Positions 1 through 7,898 of a stretch of DNA of 64,000 bases are shown piece after piece. Location: assembly GCA_035506655.1 (NCBI GenBank), contig DATJOZ010000062.1, positions 3,619-67,618 on the forward strand, read 5' to 3'. The notes under the pieces are model-generated. The model saw nothing but the letters and a program-made list of their open reading frames with translations, was not told the DNA's origin and ran no database searches. Source of the stretch: Gaiellaceae bacterium (GTDB lineage: Bacteria; Actinomycetota; Thermoleophilia; Gaiellales; Gaiellaceae). Each line of letters starts with the position of its first letter. The stretch's first letter is position 1. The position numbers and the translations under genes are program-made.

Positions 1-2
1 CG

Positions 3-182
3 AAAGCGCACGCCCGGTCCGGCGACGCGATCGCGATCGCCGGCTACCTCGGCTCCTCCGACGTTCTGGATCAGGCTCTTGCCGAGTTCGCCGAGGCGTA
101 CGCGGACCAGAACCAGAAGGACTACGAGGCGCTCGAGGCGGCAGTCGCATCCGGCCGGGTCGAGGCGGAGAAGGGCGTCTGA
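3..182 (+). CDS. 3' end of a DUF2252-like protein gene (5' part lies outside the window)
   Basis: Open frame runs from the window edge: ...GDAIAIAGYLGSSDVLDQALAEFAEAYADQNQKDYEALEAAVASGRVEAEKGV, stop TGA 180-182. Third positions are GC-rich. The C-terminal pattern is recalled from DUF2252 proteins and was not searched. Confidence 0.5.
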   Translation, partial: KAHARSGDAIAIAGYLGSSDVLDQALAEFAEAYADQNQKDYEALEAAVASGRVEAEKGV

Positions 183-204
183 TCCGGCCGCCGAAGAGCA
201 ACAC

Positions 205-837
205 GTGAGCAATCGCTGGGGTACCGGCCGGATCGAGTCGTTCAGCGACGGCGTGTTCGCGATCGCGCTCACGCTCCTCGTCTTCGATCTCGCCGTCCCC
301 GCCTCGTCGTTCGACGATCTCTGGCGCGGGATCGCCCACGAATGGCCGTCCTACCTGGCGTACCTGACGAGCTTCATCACGATCGGCGGACTCTGGATGG
401 CCCATCTCGGCATCTTCCGTCGCCTGCAGTTCGCGAACCCGACGATCATGCGGCTCAACCTGCTCGTGCTGATGGGGGTCGCGTTCCTGCCGTTCCCGAC
501 CGGTCTCATGGCAAAGGCGATCCGAGACACGAGCGCAGAGCGCGCCGCGGTCGTCTTCTACGGCCTGACGCTGCTCGTGATCTCGATCCTGCTCCGCGTT
601 CTGTGGGATGCGATCGCCCACCATCCGGAGCTCCTGAATCAGAGCGTGAGCACGCGGGAGATCAGGCCGATCCGACGCGCGTCCCTTCCGAACATCGGCT
701 TCTACGCGGCCGCGATCGCACTCGCGCTGGCGGTTCCGCAGGCAGCCGTGTTCGGCTATCTCGCGATCGCCGTCGCCGCCGTGTGGCGGGCCCGCGGCGA
801 CAGGTCGGCGCAGCCCGCAGGGGTCGAGGCCGCCTGA
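205..837 (+). CDS. TMEM175/DUF1211-family membrane protein (putative K+ channel)
   Basis: In frame with ORF 79..837. I start it at GTG 205 because the upstream 42 codons are Arg/Ser-rich junk. RIESFSDGVFAIALTLLV carries the RxxxFSD signature of DUF1211/TMEM175. Several hydrophobic helices follow. Confidence 0.75.
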   Translation: MSNRWGTGRIESFSDGVFAIALTLLVFDLAVPASSFDDLWRGIAHEWPSYLAYLTSFITIGGLWMAHLGIFRRLQFANPTIMRLNLLVLMGVAFLPFPTGLMAKAIRDTSAERAAVVFYGLTLLVISILLRVLWDAIAHHPELLNQSVSTREIRPIRRASLPNIGFYAAAIALALAVPQAAVFGYLAIAVAAVWRARGDRSAQPAGVEAA

Positions 838-907
838 CGGACGCAAGCATCCTCTGCCCCGCTTTCGGCGGGCCGGGCGGCCCGCCGAACGGGACCGGAA
901 CTCCTGC

Positions 908-1135
908 TTAGACGACCACCACGTCGGTCGGGCGCGCGATCAGGTAGCAGACGACGCCGATGATCGGCACGAAGATGATGAAGATCGTCCACATCGCCTT
1001 CGCCCAGCCGCCGTGATCCTGCCGCTCGAAGTTGTCGATGAACACGCGGATGACGACGTAGATCCAGATCACCCATACGAAGAAGATGATCATCCACCAG
1101 ATCACGTCCCAGAACGTGGGATAGGTTGCGAGCAT
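908..1135 (-). CDS. small two-TM membrane protein with PLDc_N-like domain
   Basis: 75 aa and very hydrophobic. WAKAMWTIFIIFVPIIGVVCYLIARP resembles the cardiolipin-synthase N-terminal (PLDc_N) domain. Confidence 0.7.
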   Translation of the reverse strand: MLATYPTFWDVIWWMIIFFVWVIWIYVVIRVFIDNFERQDHGGWAKAMWTIFIIFVPIIGVVCYLIARPTDVVVV

Positions 1136-1219
1136 CTGAGCTCCTCCAGTTCGACGGATGACGTTCGCTCGACCGGATCGGCCGGTCGCCCAACGCTATG
1201 ACCGCACGGCCGGCTCGGG

Positions 1220-1278
1220 CATCGGCCAAATAGGCTGAGGCTGTGATGTCCGTCTCTTCTCGGCCTTTTTGGCCGATG
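1220..1278. repeat. long imperfect inverted repeat (15 bp of pairing with one T/T mismatch, 27-nt loop) in the 5' region of the DUF1269 gene
   Basis: CATCGGCCAAAtAGGC (1220-1235) pairs with GCCTtTTTGGCCGATG (1263-1278). It lies in the 231-nt divergent gap between 1135 and 1367. Confidence 0.5.
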
Positions 1279-1366
1279 ACGCACGCATGTCCGCTGTCGT
1301 AGCGTCGAGTGCGCTGTGGAACGCAGTAGGCGGTGCGGCCGAGGAGGTCGCAGAAAGAGAGGAACC

Positions 1367-1894
1367 ATGGACAGCGACAACCTCGTTCTCGTCGTCGGCA
1401 CGTACGCCGATGCCGGGGCGGCAACCGACGACTTCAACACGCTGAAGGCAGGCGAGAAGGACGGCGAGTACCAGGTCGTCGGCGCCGTCGTGATGAACCG
1501 GGACGCGAGCGGCAAGGTCGACGTGCACGAGCACGGCGACAAGCTCGTTGCGGGTGGCACCACGCTCGGCGCCGTCGGCGGGCTCGTCGTCGGCCTCTTC
1601 GCGCCGCCGCTGCTGGCGGCCACCGCGATCGGCGCCGGAATCGGCGCCGTGATCGGCGCGCTCACCAAGAGGCATCAGGAGAAGAAGATGGGCGTCGATG
1701 TCGAGGAGTACCTGCCGCCGGGGTCGTCCGCGGTCGTGGCGGTCGTCGACGACCAGTGGGCCGACAAGGTCGAGAACGCGCTCGTCAAGTCGGACAAGCG
1801 GATCAACCAGGCGATCGACTCGGGCGACTACGACAAGCTCAAGGACGCCCTTGAGAAGTCGGACGCCCAGGTCGCGGACGCGATCACGACGTAA
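1367..1894 (+). CDS. DUF1269-like membrane protein
   Basis: ATG 1367 is preceded by AGAAAGAGAGG. A soluble N-domain is followed by a glycine-zipper TM stretch GGTTLGAVGGLVVGLFAPPLLAATAIGAGIGAVIGAL and an acidic C-terminal domain. Confidence 0.7.
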   Translation: MDSDNLVLVVGTYADAGAATDDFNTLKAGEKDGEYQVVGAVVMNRDASGKVDVHEHGDKLVAGGTTLGAVGGLVVGLFAPPLLAATAIGAGIGAVIGALTKRHQEKKMGVDVEEYLPPGSSAVVAVVDDQWADKVENALVKSDKRINQAIDSGDYDKLKDALEKSDAQVADAITT

Positions 1895-1901
1895 GGACGA
1901 C

Positions 1902-1943
1902 GGAGGGCGGGAGGGCGGCGCCGCGCCGGCCCTCCCGCCCTCC
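1902..1943 (+). terminator. GC-rich hairpin terminator after the DUF1269 gene
   Basis: GGAGGGCGGGAGGGC (1902-1916) is the exact reverse complement of GCCCTCCCGCCCTCC (1929-1943), with a 12-nt loop. There is no U-tract. Confidence 0.6.
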
Positions 1944-2014
1944 GAGTCTTCGGGTCAGGTTCGGTCGACCGCCGGAGCGCGTCCGCGTCCCGATCGCGTA
2001 GCAGCGATCTCCGA

Positions 2015-2036
2015 GAAGTGAATTCATCTAGATATG
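2015..2036 (+). promoter_or_regulatory. copy of the shared AT-rich motif upstream of the pha operon
   Basis: GAAGTGAATTCATCTAGATATG. Compare GAATTGAAGTCGCCTAGACTAG at 26093. Confidence 0.45.
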
Positions 2037-2090
2037 CTTTGCTCGGGCCAACGCCCCGATTCTCTGCCGTTTTAACCGCTTTGGATCGCC

Positions 2091-2113
2091 GATACTGAAG
2101 TCATCTCAGGTTG
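2091..2113 (+). promoter_or_regulatory. second copy of the shared motif, 33 nt upstream of the phaE-like start
   Basis: GATACTGAAGTCATCTCAGGTTG. It shares ACTGAAGTC with the 13494 copy and N4-TCAG with the 10258rc and 38490 copies. Confidence 0.45.
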
Positions 2114-2145
2114 CCAAACCGTCTCGTCGCTGGCATGCTGTCCCC

Positions 2146-2466
2146 ATGGCGACCGAGCAGCCTCTCTGGCTCCAGCTCGTCCTGCGGTTCGAGCGGGCGA
2201 TCGGGGTGCCCGTCGAGTCGGCGGTGCGGAGCGACCGCTACTTCGACCTGGTGACCCACGCGAACCGGACCCGGGCGCGTCTGACCGAGATCGCGGAGGG
2301 CGTCACGGAGGAGTGGCTGCACGTCCTCAACATCCCGGCGAGCAGCGACGTCAGGCGCCTCCGCGAGCAGCTCGCGCGCGTCGAGCGCCAGCTCGGCCGG
2401 CTCGCGAAGGAGATCGAGGACCGCGACGGGCACGGAGAGGCCGGCTCTCGACTCGAGGACGAGTGA
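2146..2466 (+). CDS. small PhaE/PhaR-like PHA synthase partner subunit (106 aa)
   Basis: ATG 2146. C-terminal LNIPASSDVRRLREQLARVERQLGRLAKEIE resembles the nlPt+xDv..L coiled-coil box of PhaE/PhaR. The stop lies 6 nt before phaC. Confidence 0.55.
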   Translation: MATEQPLWLQLVLRFERAIGVPVESAVRSDRYFDLVTHANRTRARLTEIAEGVTEEWLHVLNIPASSDVRRLREQLARVERQLGRLAKEIEDRDGHGEAGSRLEDE

Positions 2467-2472
2467 CGCCGC

Positions 2473-3573
2473 GTGGCGCCGCGCGATCCCGATCTCGCCT
2501 CCCGGCTCCAGAAGGAGGTCGAGCGCTCGGTCCTGCGCGCCCGGAACGGGATCCGCGTCGTCACGGGCGCGAGCAGGCCTCGTGTCGGCGTCACCCCCAA
2601 GGACGTCGTGTGGAGTCGCGACCGCGCGGAGCTCTGGCGCTACCGCGGCGACGGCCCGATCCGCCGCGACCCGCCGATCGTCTTCGTCCACAGCCTCGTC
2701 AGCCGCAGCTACATCATGGATCTGCGGCCCGGGAACAGCACCGTCGAGTTCCTGCTGGGCGAGGGCTTCGACGTCTACATGCTCGACTGGGGCATCGCGG
2801 ACGAGCGCGACGCCGAGAACACGATCGAGACGTACGTCGACGAGTACCTCGCGCGCGCGGTCGAGACGGTGCGGCACGAGAGCGGCAGCGAGGAGGTGAC
2901 GCTCATCGGCTACTGCCTCGGCGGGACGTTCGCGATCCTGTACGCGGCGGGCTACGAGGACGCTCCGGTCCGCAATCTCGTGCTGCTCGCGAGCCCGATG
3001 GACTACAGCGAGATGGGTGTCATGGTCGCCGCCGTCCTCGACAGCCGCCTCGACCCGGAGGAGCTCGTCGACGAGACGGGAAACGTGCCGGCGGATGCGC
3101 TCTACCGGGCCTTCCTGATGCAGGCGCCGACGACCGAGATCGCACGCCACGCGATGCTGCTGCAGAACCTCTGGAACGACGAGTTCGTCGAGGCGTGGCA
3201 GGCGATGGCGCAGTGGTCGCGCGAGCAGGTGCCGTTTCCCGGTGCGGCGATGCGGCAGGTCGTCGCCGACCTCGTGCGGCGCAACGTGCTGATGACCGGG
3301 CGCATGCAGCTGAACGGCCGCGAGGTCGACTTCTCCCGGGTGCGCGGCGACGTCCTCGTCGCGGTGGCCGAGAAGGACAAGGTCGTCCCGCTACGGGCGG
3401 CGGAGCCGGCGACCCGACTCGTCGGCGATCCCGCCCGCCGCGACGAGCTCCGGCTGACCGGCGGGCACGTGACCTTCTTCGCCGGCCGGCATGCGCTCCA
3501 GCGCACGCTGCCCGCATTGACGACCTGGCTCGTCGACCACAGCGACGAGCTCGACCCGGCGAAGGAGCGCTGA
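2473..3573 (+). CDS. phaC: class III/IV-type poly(3-hydroxyalkanoate) synthase catalytic subunit
   Basis: 366-aa alpha/beta fold with the lipase-like box GYCLGG (Cys nucleophile). Later Asp (AEKDKVVP) and His (TGGHVTFF) are candidates for the triad. The size fits class III/IV PhaC. Confidence 0.85.
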   Translation: MAPRDPDLASRLQKEVERSVLRARNGIRVVTGASRPRVGVTPKDVVWSRDRAELWRYRGDGPIRRDPPIVFVHSLVSRSYIMDLRPGNSTVEFLLGEGFDVYMLDWGIADERDAENTIETYVDEYLARAVETVRHESGSEEVTLIGYCLGGTFAILYAAGYEDAPVRNLVLLASPMDYSEMGVMVAAVLDSRLDPEELVDETGNVPADALYRAFLMQAPTTEIARHAMLLQNLWNDEFVEAWQAMAQWSREQVPFPGAAMRQVVADLVRRNVLMTGRMQLNGREVDFSRVRGDVLVAVAEKDKVVPLRAAEPATRLVGDPARRDELRLTGGHVTFFAGRHALQRTLPALTTWLVDHSDELDPAKER

Positions 3574-4103
3574 TGGAGATCCGGCAACTCGAGCTGCGCG
3601 ACCACGACGCGGTGGAACGGTTCGTCGCGCGCATCCCCGAAGGAGACAGGACGTTCTTCAAGGAGGACGTCGCCGACCGGAAGGTGGTCGCCGCGTGGAC
3701 GGAGCTCGGCGCGACGCGTTCGGTCGCCGTGGACGGCGGCGCCGTCGTCGGCTACGTCGCGCTCATCCCGCTGCCCGGCTGGTCGAGCCACGTCGGCGAG
3801 GTCCGCGTGATCGTCGACCCCGACCACCGTCATCGCGGGATCGGCCGGGCGCTCGCCCGGTACGCCGTCCTCGAGGCGCTCACGCTCGGCCTGCGGAAGA
3901 TGGTCGTCGAGGTGGTCGCCGACCAGGAGGCGACGATCGCGATGTTCCGGTCGCTCGGCTTCGAGCCCGAGGCGCTGCTCACGGATCACGTCCGCGACCA
4001 CGACGGCGGCATGCGCGACCTGATGGTGCTCGCGCACTCGGTCGACGACTCGTTCGCGTCGATGGCGGCGGTCGGTCTCGGCGACGCGATCGGCGAGCGG
4101 TGA
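3573..4103 (+). CDS. GNAT-family N-acetyltransferase
   Basis: ATG 3573 overlaps the phaC stop (ATGA). HRHRGIGRALARYAV is a typical acetyl-CoA binding loop. 176 aa. Confidence 0.8.
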   Translation: MEIRQLELRDHDAVERFVARIPEGDRTFFKEDVADRKVVAAWTELGATRSVAVDGGAVVGYVALIPLPGWSSHVGEVRVIVDPDHRHRGIGRALARYAVLEALTLGLRKMVVEVVADQEATIAMFRSLGFEPEALLTDHVRDHDGGMRDLMVLAHSVDDSFASMAAVGLGDAIGER

Positions 4104-5653
4104 AGCTCGGCGACGGTCTCCGCGTCGCCGACGTCGTGCGCGAGCACGCGGCCGCGCGTCCGGACCATGTCGCCGTTCGCCATGGCACGCGCGAGCTGAC
4201 GTACGCCGAGCTCGACGACCGCTCGAGCCGGCTCGCGCAGGCGCTGCTCGACGCCGGCGTCCGCGCCGGCTCGCGCGTCGCGTATCTCGACCGCACCGCA
4301 CCGGAGATCGTCGAGCTGCTCTTCGCGACGGCGAAGATCGGCGCGGTCACGGTGCCGCTGAACTGGAGGCTGGCGCCGGGCGAGCTCTCCGCCGTCGTCG
4401 ACGACGCGCAACCACCCGTTCTGATCGTCGGCGAGACGTATGCGCCGCTTGCGGCGGAGCTCGGACGATCCGAGGCGATCGTCGTCGGGCCGCGCTACGA
4501 GGAGTGGATCGCCGCGTACGACGCGGTCGACCCGCGCGCGCCGGCGAGATCGGCCGATACCGTGCTCCAGCTCTACACGTCGGGAACGACGGGCGTGCCG
4601 AAGGGCGTGCTCACGACGCACCGGAACCTCGCCGCCGCGGCGGAGACCTCGCCGCACTGGGAGTTCGACGCGAACTCGGTGAGCCTGACGGCGCTGCCGA
4701 TGTTCCACATCGGCGGCATCGGCTGGTCGTTCCTCGGGTTGTGGAACGGCGCGACGACCGTGCTCGTCAGCGAGTTCGTCCCGGAGGACGTCCTCGACAC
4801 GATCGAGCGGCAGCGCGTCACGAATGCCGTGCTCGTCCCGACGATGATCCAGATGCTCCTCGACGTGCCGGGCTCCGCCGACCGCGACTATTCGGCGCTG
4901 CGGTCGATCGCGTACGGCGCGTCGCCGATCACGACGCCCGTGCTCACGGCGGCGCTGCGCACGTTCCGTTGCTCGTTCTTCGGCATCTACGGCCTGACGG
5001 AGTCCACCGGCGGCGTGATCCAGCTCGATCCGGCCGACCACGACCCCGGCGGGCCGCGCGAGCACCTGCTGCGAAGCGCCGGCCGTCCGCTCCCCTGGGT
5101 GGAGCTGCGGATCGTCGACCCGGCCACGGGCGCCGAGTGCGCGGCCGGCGAGACCGGCGAGGTCTGGGTGCGCGCGCCGAACGTCACGGCCGGCTACTTC
5201 AATCGCCCGGACGAGACCGCCGCCGCGCTGACGGACGACGGATGGCTGCGCACCGGCGACGGCGGCTTCGTCGACTCCGACGGTTACCTGTTCCTCACCG
5301 ACCGGATCAAGGACATGATCGTCAGCGGCGGCGAGAACGTCTATCCGGTCGAGGTCGAGGAGGCGCTCGCGCACCATCCGGACGTCGCCGAGGCGGCCGT
5401 GATCGGCGTCCCCGACGAGCGGTGGGGAGAGACGGTGAAGGCGATCGTGGTCGCGCGTCCCGGGAGCGCGCCGACCGCGGACGAGCTGATCGCGTTCGCG
5501 CGCGGGCGGCTCGCGGGCTACAAGCTGCCGCGCTCGGTCGAGTTCGTCGAGGAGCTGCCGCGCACCCCGAGCGGCAAGGTGCTGAAGCGCGAGCTGCGGA
5601 AGCGCTACGTGAGCGATGCGGAACGACCGGGGGTCACGCCCGCTCCGAGATGA
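4100..5653 (+). CDS. AMP-forming acyl-CoA ligase (FadD-like)
   Basis: GTG 4100 overlaps the GNAT stop (GTGA). Motifs LYTSGTTGVPKGV, YGLTES, TGDGG and C-terminal PRTPSGKVLKREL are present. Confidence 0.9.
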   Translation: MKLGDGLRVADVVREHAAARPDHVAVRHGTRELTYAELDDRSSRLAQALLDAGVRAGSRVAYLDRTAPEIVELLFATAKIGAVTVPLNWRLAPGELSAVVDDAQPPVLIVGETYAPLAAELGRSEAIVVGPRYEEWIAAYDAVDPRAPARSADTVLQLYTSGTTGVPKGVLTTHRNLAAAAETSPHWEFDANSVSLTALPMFHIGGIGWSFLGLWNGATTVLVSEFVPEDVLDTIERQRVTNAVLVPTMIQMLLDVPGSADRDYSALRSIAYGASPITTPVLTAALRTFRCSFFGIYGLTESTGGVIQLDPADHDPGGPREHLLRSAGRPLPWVELRIVDPATGAECAAGETGEVWVRAPNVTAGYFNRPDETAAALTDDGWLRTGDGGFVDSDGYLFLTDRIKDMIVSGGENVYPVEVEEALAHHPDVAEAAVIGVPDERWGETVKAIVVARPGSAPTADELIAFARGRLAGYKLPRSVEFVEELPRTPSGKVLKRELRKRYVSDAERPGVTPAPR

Positions 5654-5915
5654 ACCGCCCGGTGACCGGGCAGCGGCGCCGCACGCTCGGCGAGCGCCGG
5701 TGACCCGGCGGACGCGGCCGGAAGCCCGCCGCCGCCATCCCGGCGTTCCAGCTCCCGAAGCGGCGGATCACCGTCACGCGCGACGGGTTGTTCGGGCCCG
5801 CGCGGTCCCACTCGTCGGTGGTCGGGAGCCGCAGGTGCTGGCGGTGCCAGAGCTCGATCGCGTACACGATCAGGTCCGGCGTCCAGCGGAGGCCGCGTCG
5901 CGGTCCCGGTCTCAC
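5634..5915 (-). CDS. small protein consisting of a single homing-endonuclease-associated (HNH-repeat-like) module
   Basis: GTG 5915-5913 overlaps the thiolase stop (GTGA). WTPDLIVYAIELWHRQHLRLPTTDEWDRAGPNNPSRVTVIRRFGSWNAGMAAAGF matches the WT.e.ii.al..w....gr.Pt..eW......ps..tv.r.FGSWn.Al..AG repeat. GC3 is high. Confidence 0.5.
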   Translation of the reverse strand: MRPGPRRGLRWTPDLIVYAIELWHRQHLRLPTTDEWDRAGPNNPSRVTVIRRFGSWNAGMAAAGFRPRPPGHRRSPSVRRRCPVTGRFISERA

Positions 5916-7075
5916 AGCCTCTCGATCAGCGTCGCCGTGCCGAGGCCACCGCCGCAGCACATGGTCACGAGACCGACCGACGTGTCGGTGCGCTCCAGCT
6001 CGTGCAGCAGCGTCGTGACGAGTCGGGCGCCGGTCGAGCCGAGCGGATGGCCGAGCGCGATCGCTCCGCCGTTCACGTTCACCTTGTCGACGTCCGGCTC
6101 GAGCTCGCGCTCCCACGCCGCGATCACCGACGCGAACGCCTCGTTGATCTCGACCAGGTCGACGTCGTCGAGCGTCATCCCGTTGCGGTCGAGGATCTTC
6201 CGCGTCGCCGGGATCGGCCCCGTCAGCATGAGGACCGGGTCGACGCCGACGGTGGCCTGGTCGACGATCCGCGCCCGCGGCTTCAGCCCGAGCTCGTCCG
6301 CCTTCCCGCGGGACATGAGCAGCACGGCGGCTGCACCGTCGGAGATCTGGGACGAGTTGCCGGCGGTGATCACGCCGCCGTCCTTGAACGCGGGCTTCAG
6401 CTCGGCCAGCCCGTCGAGCGTCGTCTCGCGCCGGATGCCCTGGTCCTCGGTGTAGACGGACCCGTTCACGCGGAACGGCATCAGCTCGCGCTCGAAGCGG
6501 CCCTCGTCCGTCGCGCGCGCGGCGCGCTGCTGCGAGCGCAGCGCGATCTCGTCGCACTCGCCGCGCGACACGTTCCACCGCTCCGCGATCAGCTCGGCGC
6601 TGAGGCCCTGGTGGACGACGTTGTGCCGCTCGAGCAGCTCGGGCGGGAACGGCGTGCCGAGGTCCTCGATCATCTTCGCGTTCGCCGACAGCGGAACGTG
6701 GCCCATGTGCTCGACGCCGCCGCCGATGGCCACGTCGTGCACGCCCGTCGCAACGAGCGCCGACGCGAAGTTCACCGCCTGCTGCGCCGACCCGCACTGG
6801 CGGTCGATCGTCGTCGCCGGTGTCTCGATCGGCAGGCCCGCCTGCAGCCACGCGTTGCGGCCGACGTTGTACGACTGCTCGCCGTACTGCTGCACGCAGC
6901 CGGTGATCACGTCCTCGACGAGCGCAGGGTCGATGCCGGCGCGGTCGATCACCTCGACGAACGTCGACCCGAGGAGGACGTTGGGATGGACGTCCTTGTA
7001 GTAGCCCTTCTCCGGATGCCCGCGCCCAACCGGCGTCCGCACAGCCTCGACGATCACGACCTCCCGGCCTTCCAT
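5912..7075 (-). CDS. acetyl-CoA C-acyltransferase (degradative thiolase)
   Basis: 387 aa with DRQCGSAQQAV (Cys nucleophile), NVNGGAIALGHPLGSTG and CCGGGLG. An AAGGAG RBS lies 5 nt upstream. Confidence 0.92.
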   Translation of the reverse strand: MEGREVVIVEAVRTPVGRGHPEKGYYKDVHPNVLLGSTFVEVIDRAGIDPALVEDVITGCVQQYGEQSYNVGRNAWLQAGLPIETPATTIDRQCGSAQQAVNFASALVATGVHDVAIGGGVEHMGHVPLSANAKMIEDLGTPFPPELLERHNVVHQGLSAELIAERWNVSRGECDEIALRSQQRAARATDEGRFERELMPFRVNGSVYTEDQGIRRETTLDGLAELKPAFKDGGVITAGNSSQISDGAAAVLLMSRGKADELGLKPRARIVDQATVGVDPVLMLTGPIPATRKILDRNGMTLDDVDLVEINEAFASVIAAWERELEPDVDKVNVNGGAIALGHPLGSTGARLVTTLLHELERTDTSVGLVTMCCGGGLGTATLIERL

Positions 7076-7088
7076 CGCGACTCCTTCT

Positions 7089-7898
7089 CTAGGTGGTGAC
7101 GATCCCGCCGTTGGGGCTCAGCGTCTGGCCGACGAAGAAGCCGGCGTCGTCGCCGGCGAGGAACGCGACGGTCGCTGCGATCTCCTCGGGCCGGCCGAAG
7201 CGGCCGATCGGCGTGCGCAGCCGCTGCGCCTCGCGCAGCGGGTTGTCGATCGCCTCCGACGCTGCCGTGTCGACGAACCCGGGCGCCACGGCGTTGACGC
7301 GGATGCCCTGGACGATCAGCTCCTTCGCGACGGCGCGCGTGAAGCCGATGATCCCCGCCTTCGCGGCCGAGTAGTGCGGATAGCCGGTGCACCCCTCGAG
7401 GCCGCACACGGACGCGATGTTCACGATCGCACCGCTCCGTCGTGAGGCCATGGAGCGCGCCGCGGCGCGCGTGCCGAAGAACGTCCCGTCGAGATGGACG
7501 GCGAGCATGCGCCGCCACTCGTCGTCCGGCAGCCGCACGAGCGCGTCGAGGCCCGTCTCGATCGTTCCGGTGCCGGTCGCCTCGGCGTGCTGGCGCTCGG
7601 CCTCCGGCCCGATGCGCGCGGCCTGCGCGGCCGCCTGGATCCCTGCGTTGTTGACCCAGACGTCGACCGGCCCGAGCTTGGACTCGGTTTGCTCACGCGC
7701 CACCTCCACCGACGCGCTGTTGCTGACGTCCGCTTCGATCGCGATGCCGTCCGTCAGCGTCGCGGTCAGCGCGGCGGCCGCGACGTCGACGTCGAGGACC
7801 GCGACCCGTGCGCCGTCGGCGGCGAGCCGGACGCAGATCGCCTCGCCGATGCCGGAGCCGCCGCCGGTGACGACGGCGACCTTCCCGTCGAGCGTCAC
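7089..7898 (-). CDS. short-chain dehydrogenase/reductase (FabG-like)
   Basis: GTG 7898 overlaps the upstream stop (GTGA). Motifs TGGGSGIG, NNAG and YSAAKAG are present. Confidence 0.9.
   Translation of the reverse strand: MTLDGKVAVVTGGGSGIGEAICVRLAADGARVAVLDVDVAAAALTATLTDGIAIEADVSNSASVEVAREQTESKLGPVDVWVNNAGIQAAAQAARIGPEAERQHAEATGTGTIETGLDALVRLPDDEWRRMLAVHLDGTFFGTRAAARSMASRRSGAIVNIASVCGLEGCTGYPHYSAAKAGIIGFTRAVAKELIVQGIRVNAVAPGFVDTAASEAIDNPLREAQRLRTPIGRFGRPEEIAATVAFLAGDDAGFFVGQTLSPNGGIVTT

Noticed and set aside
5634-5915. Homing endonuclease or mobile intein-like element.
   Set aside because: Only the accessory repeat is present. There is no HNH or LAGLIDADG catalytic domain, no flanking repeats and no disrupted host gene.
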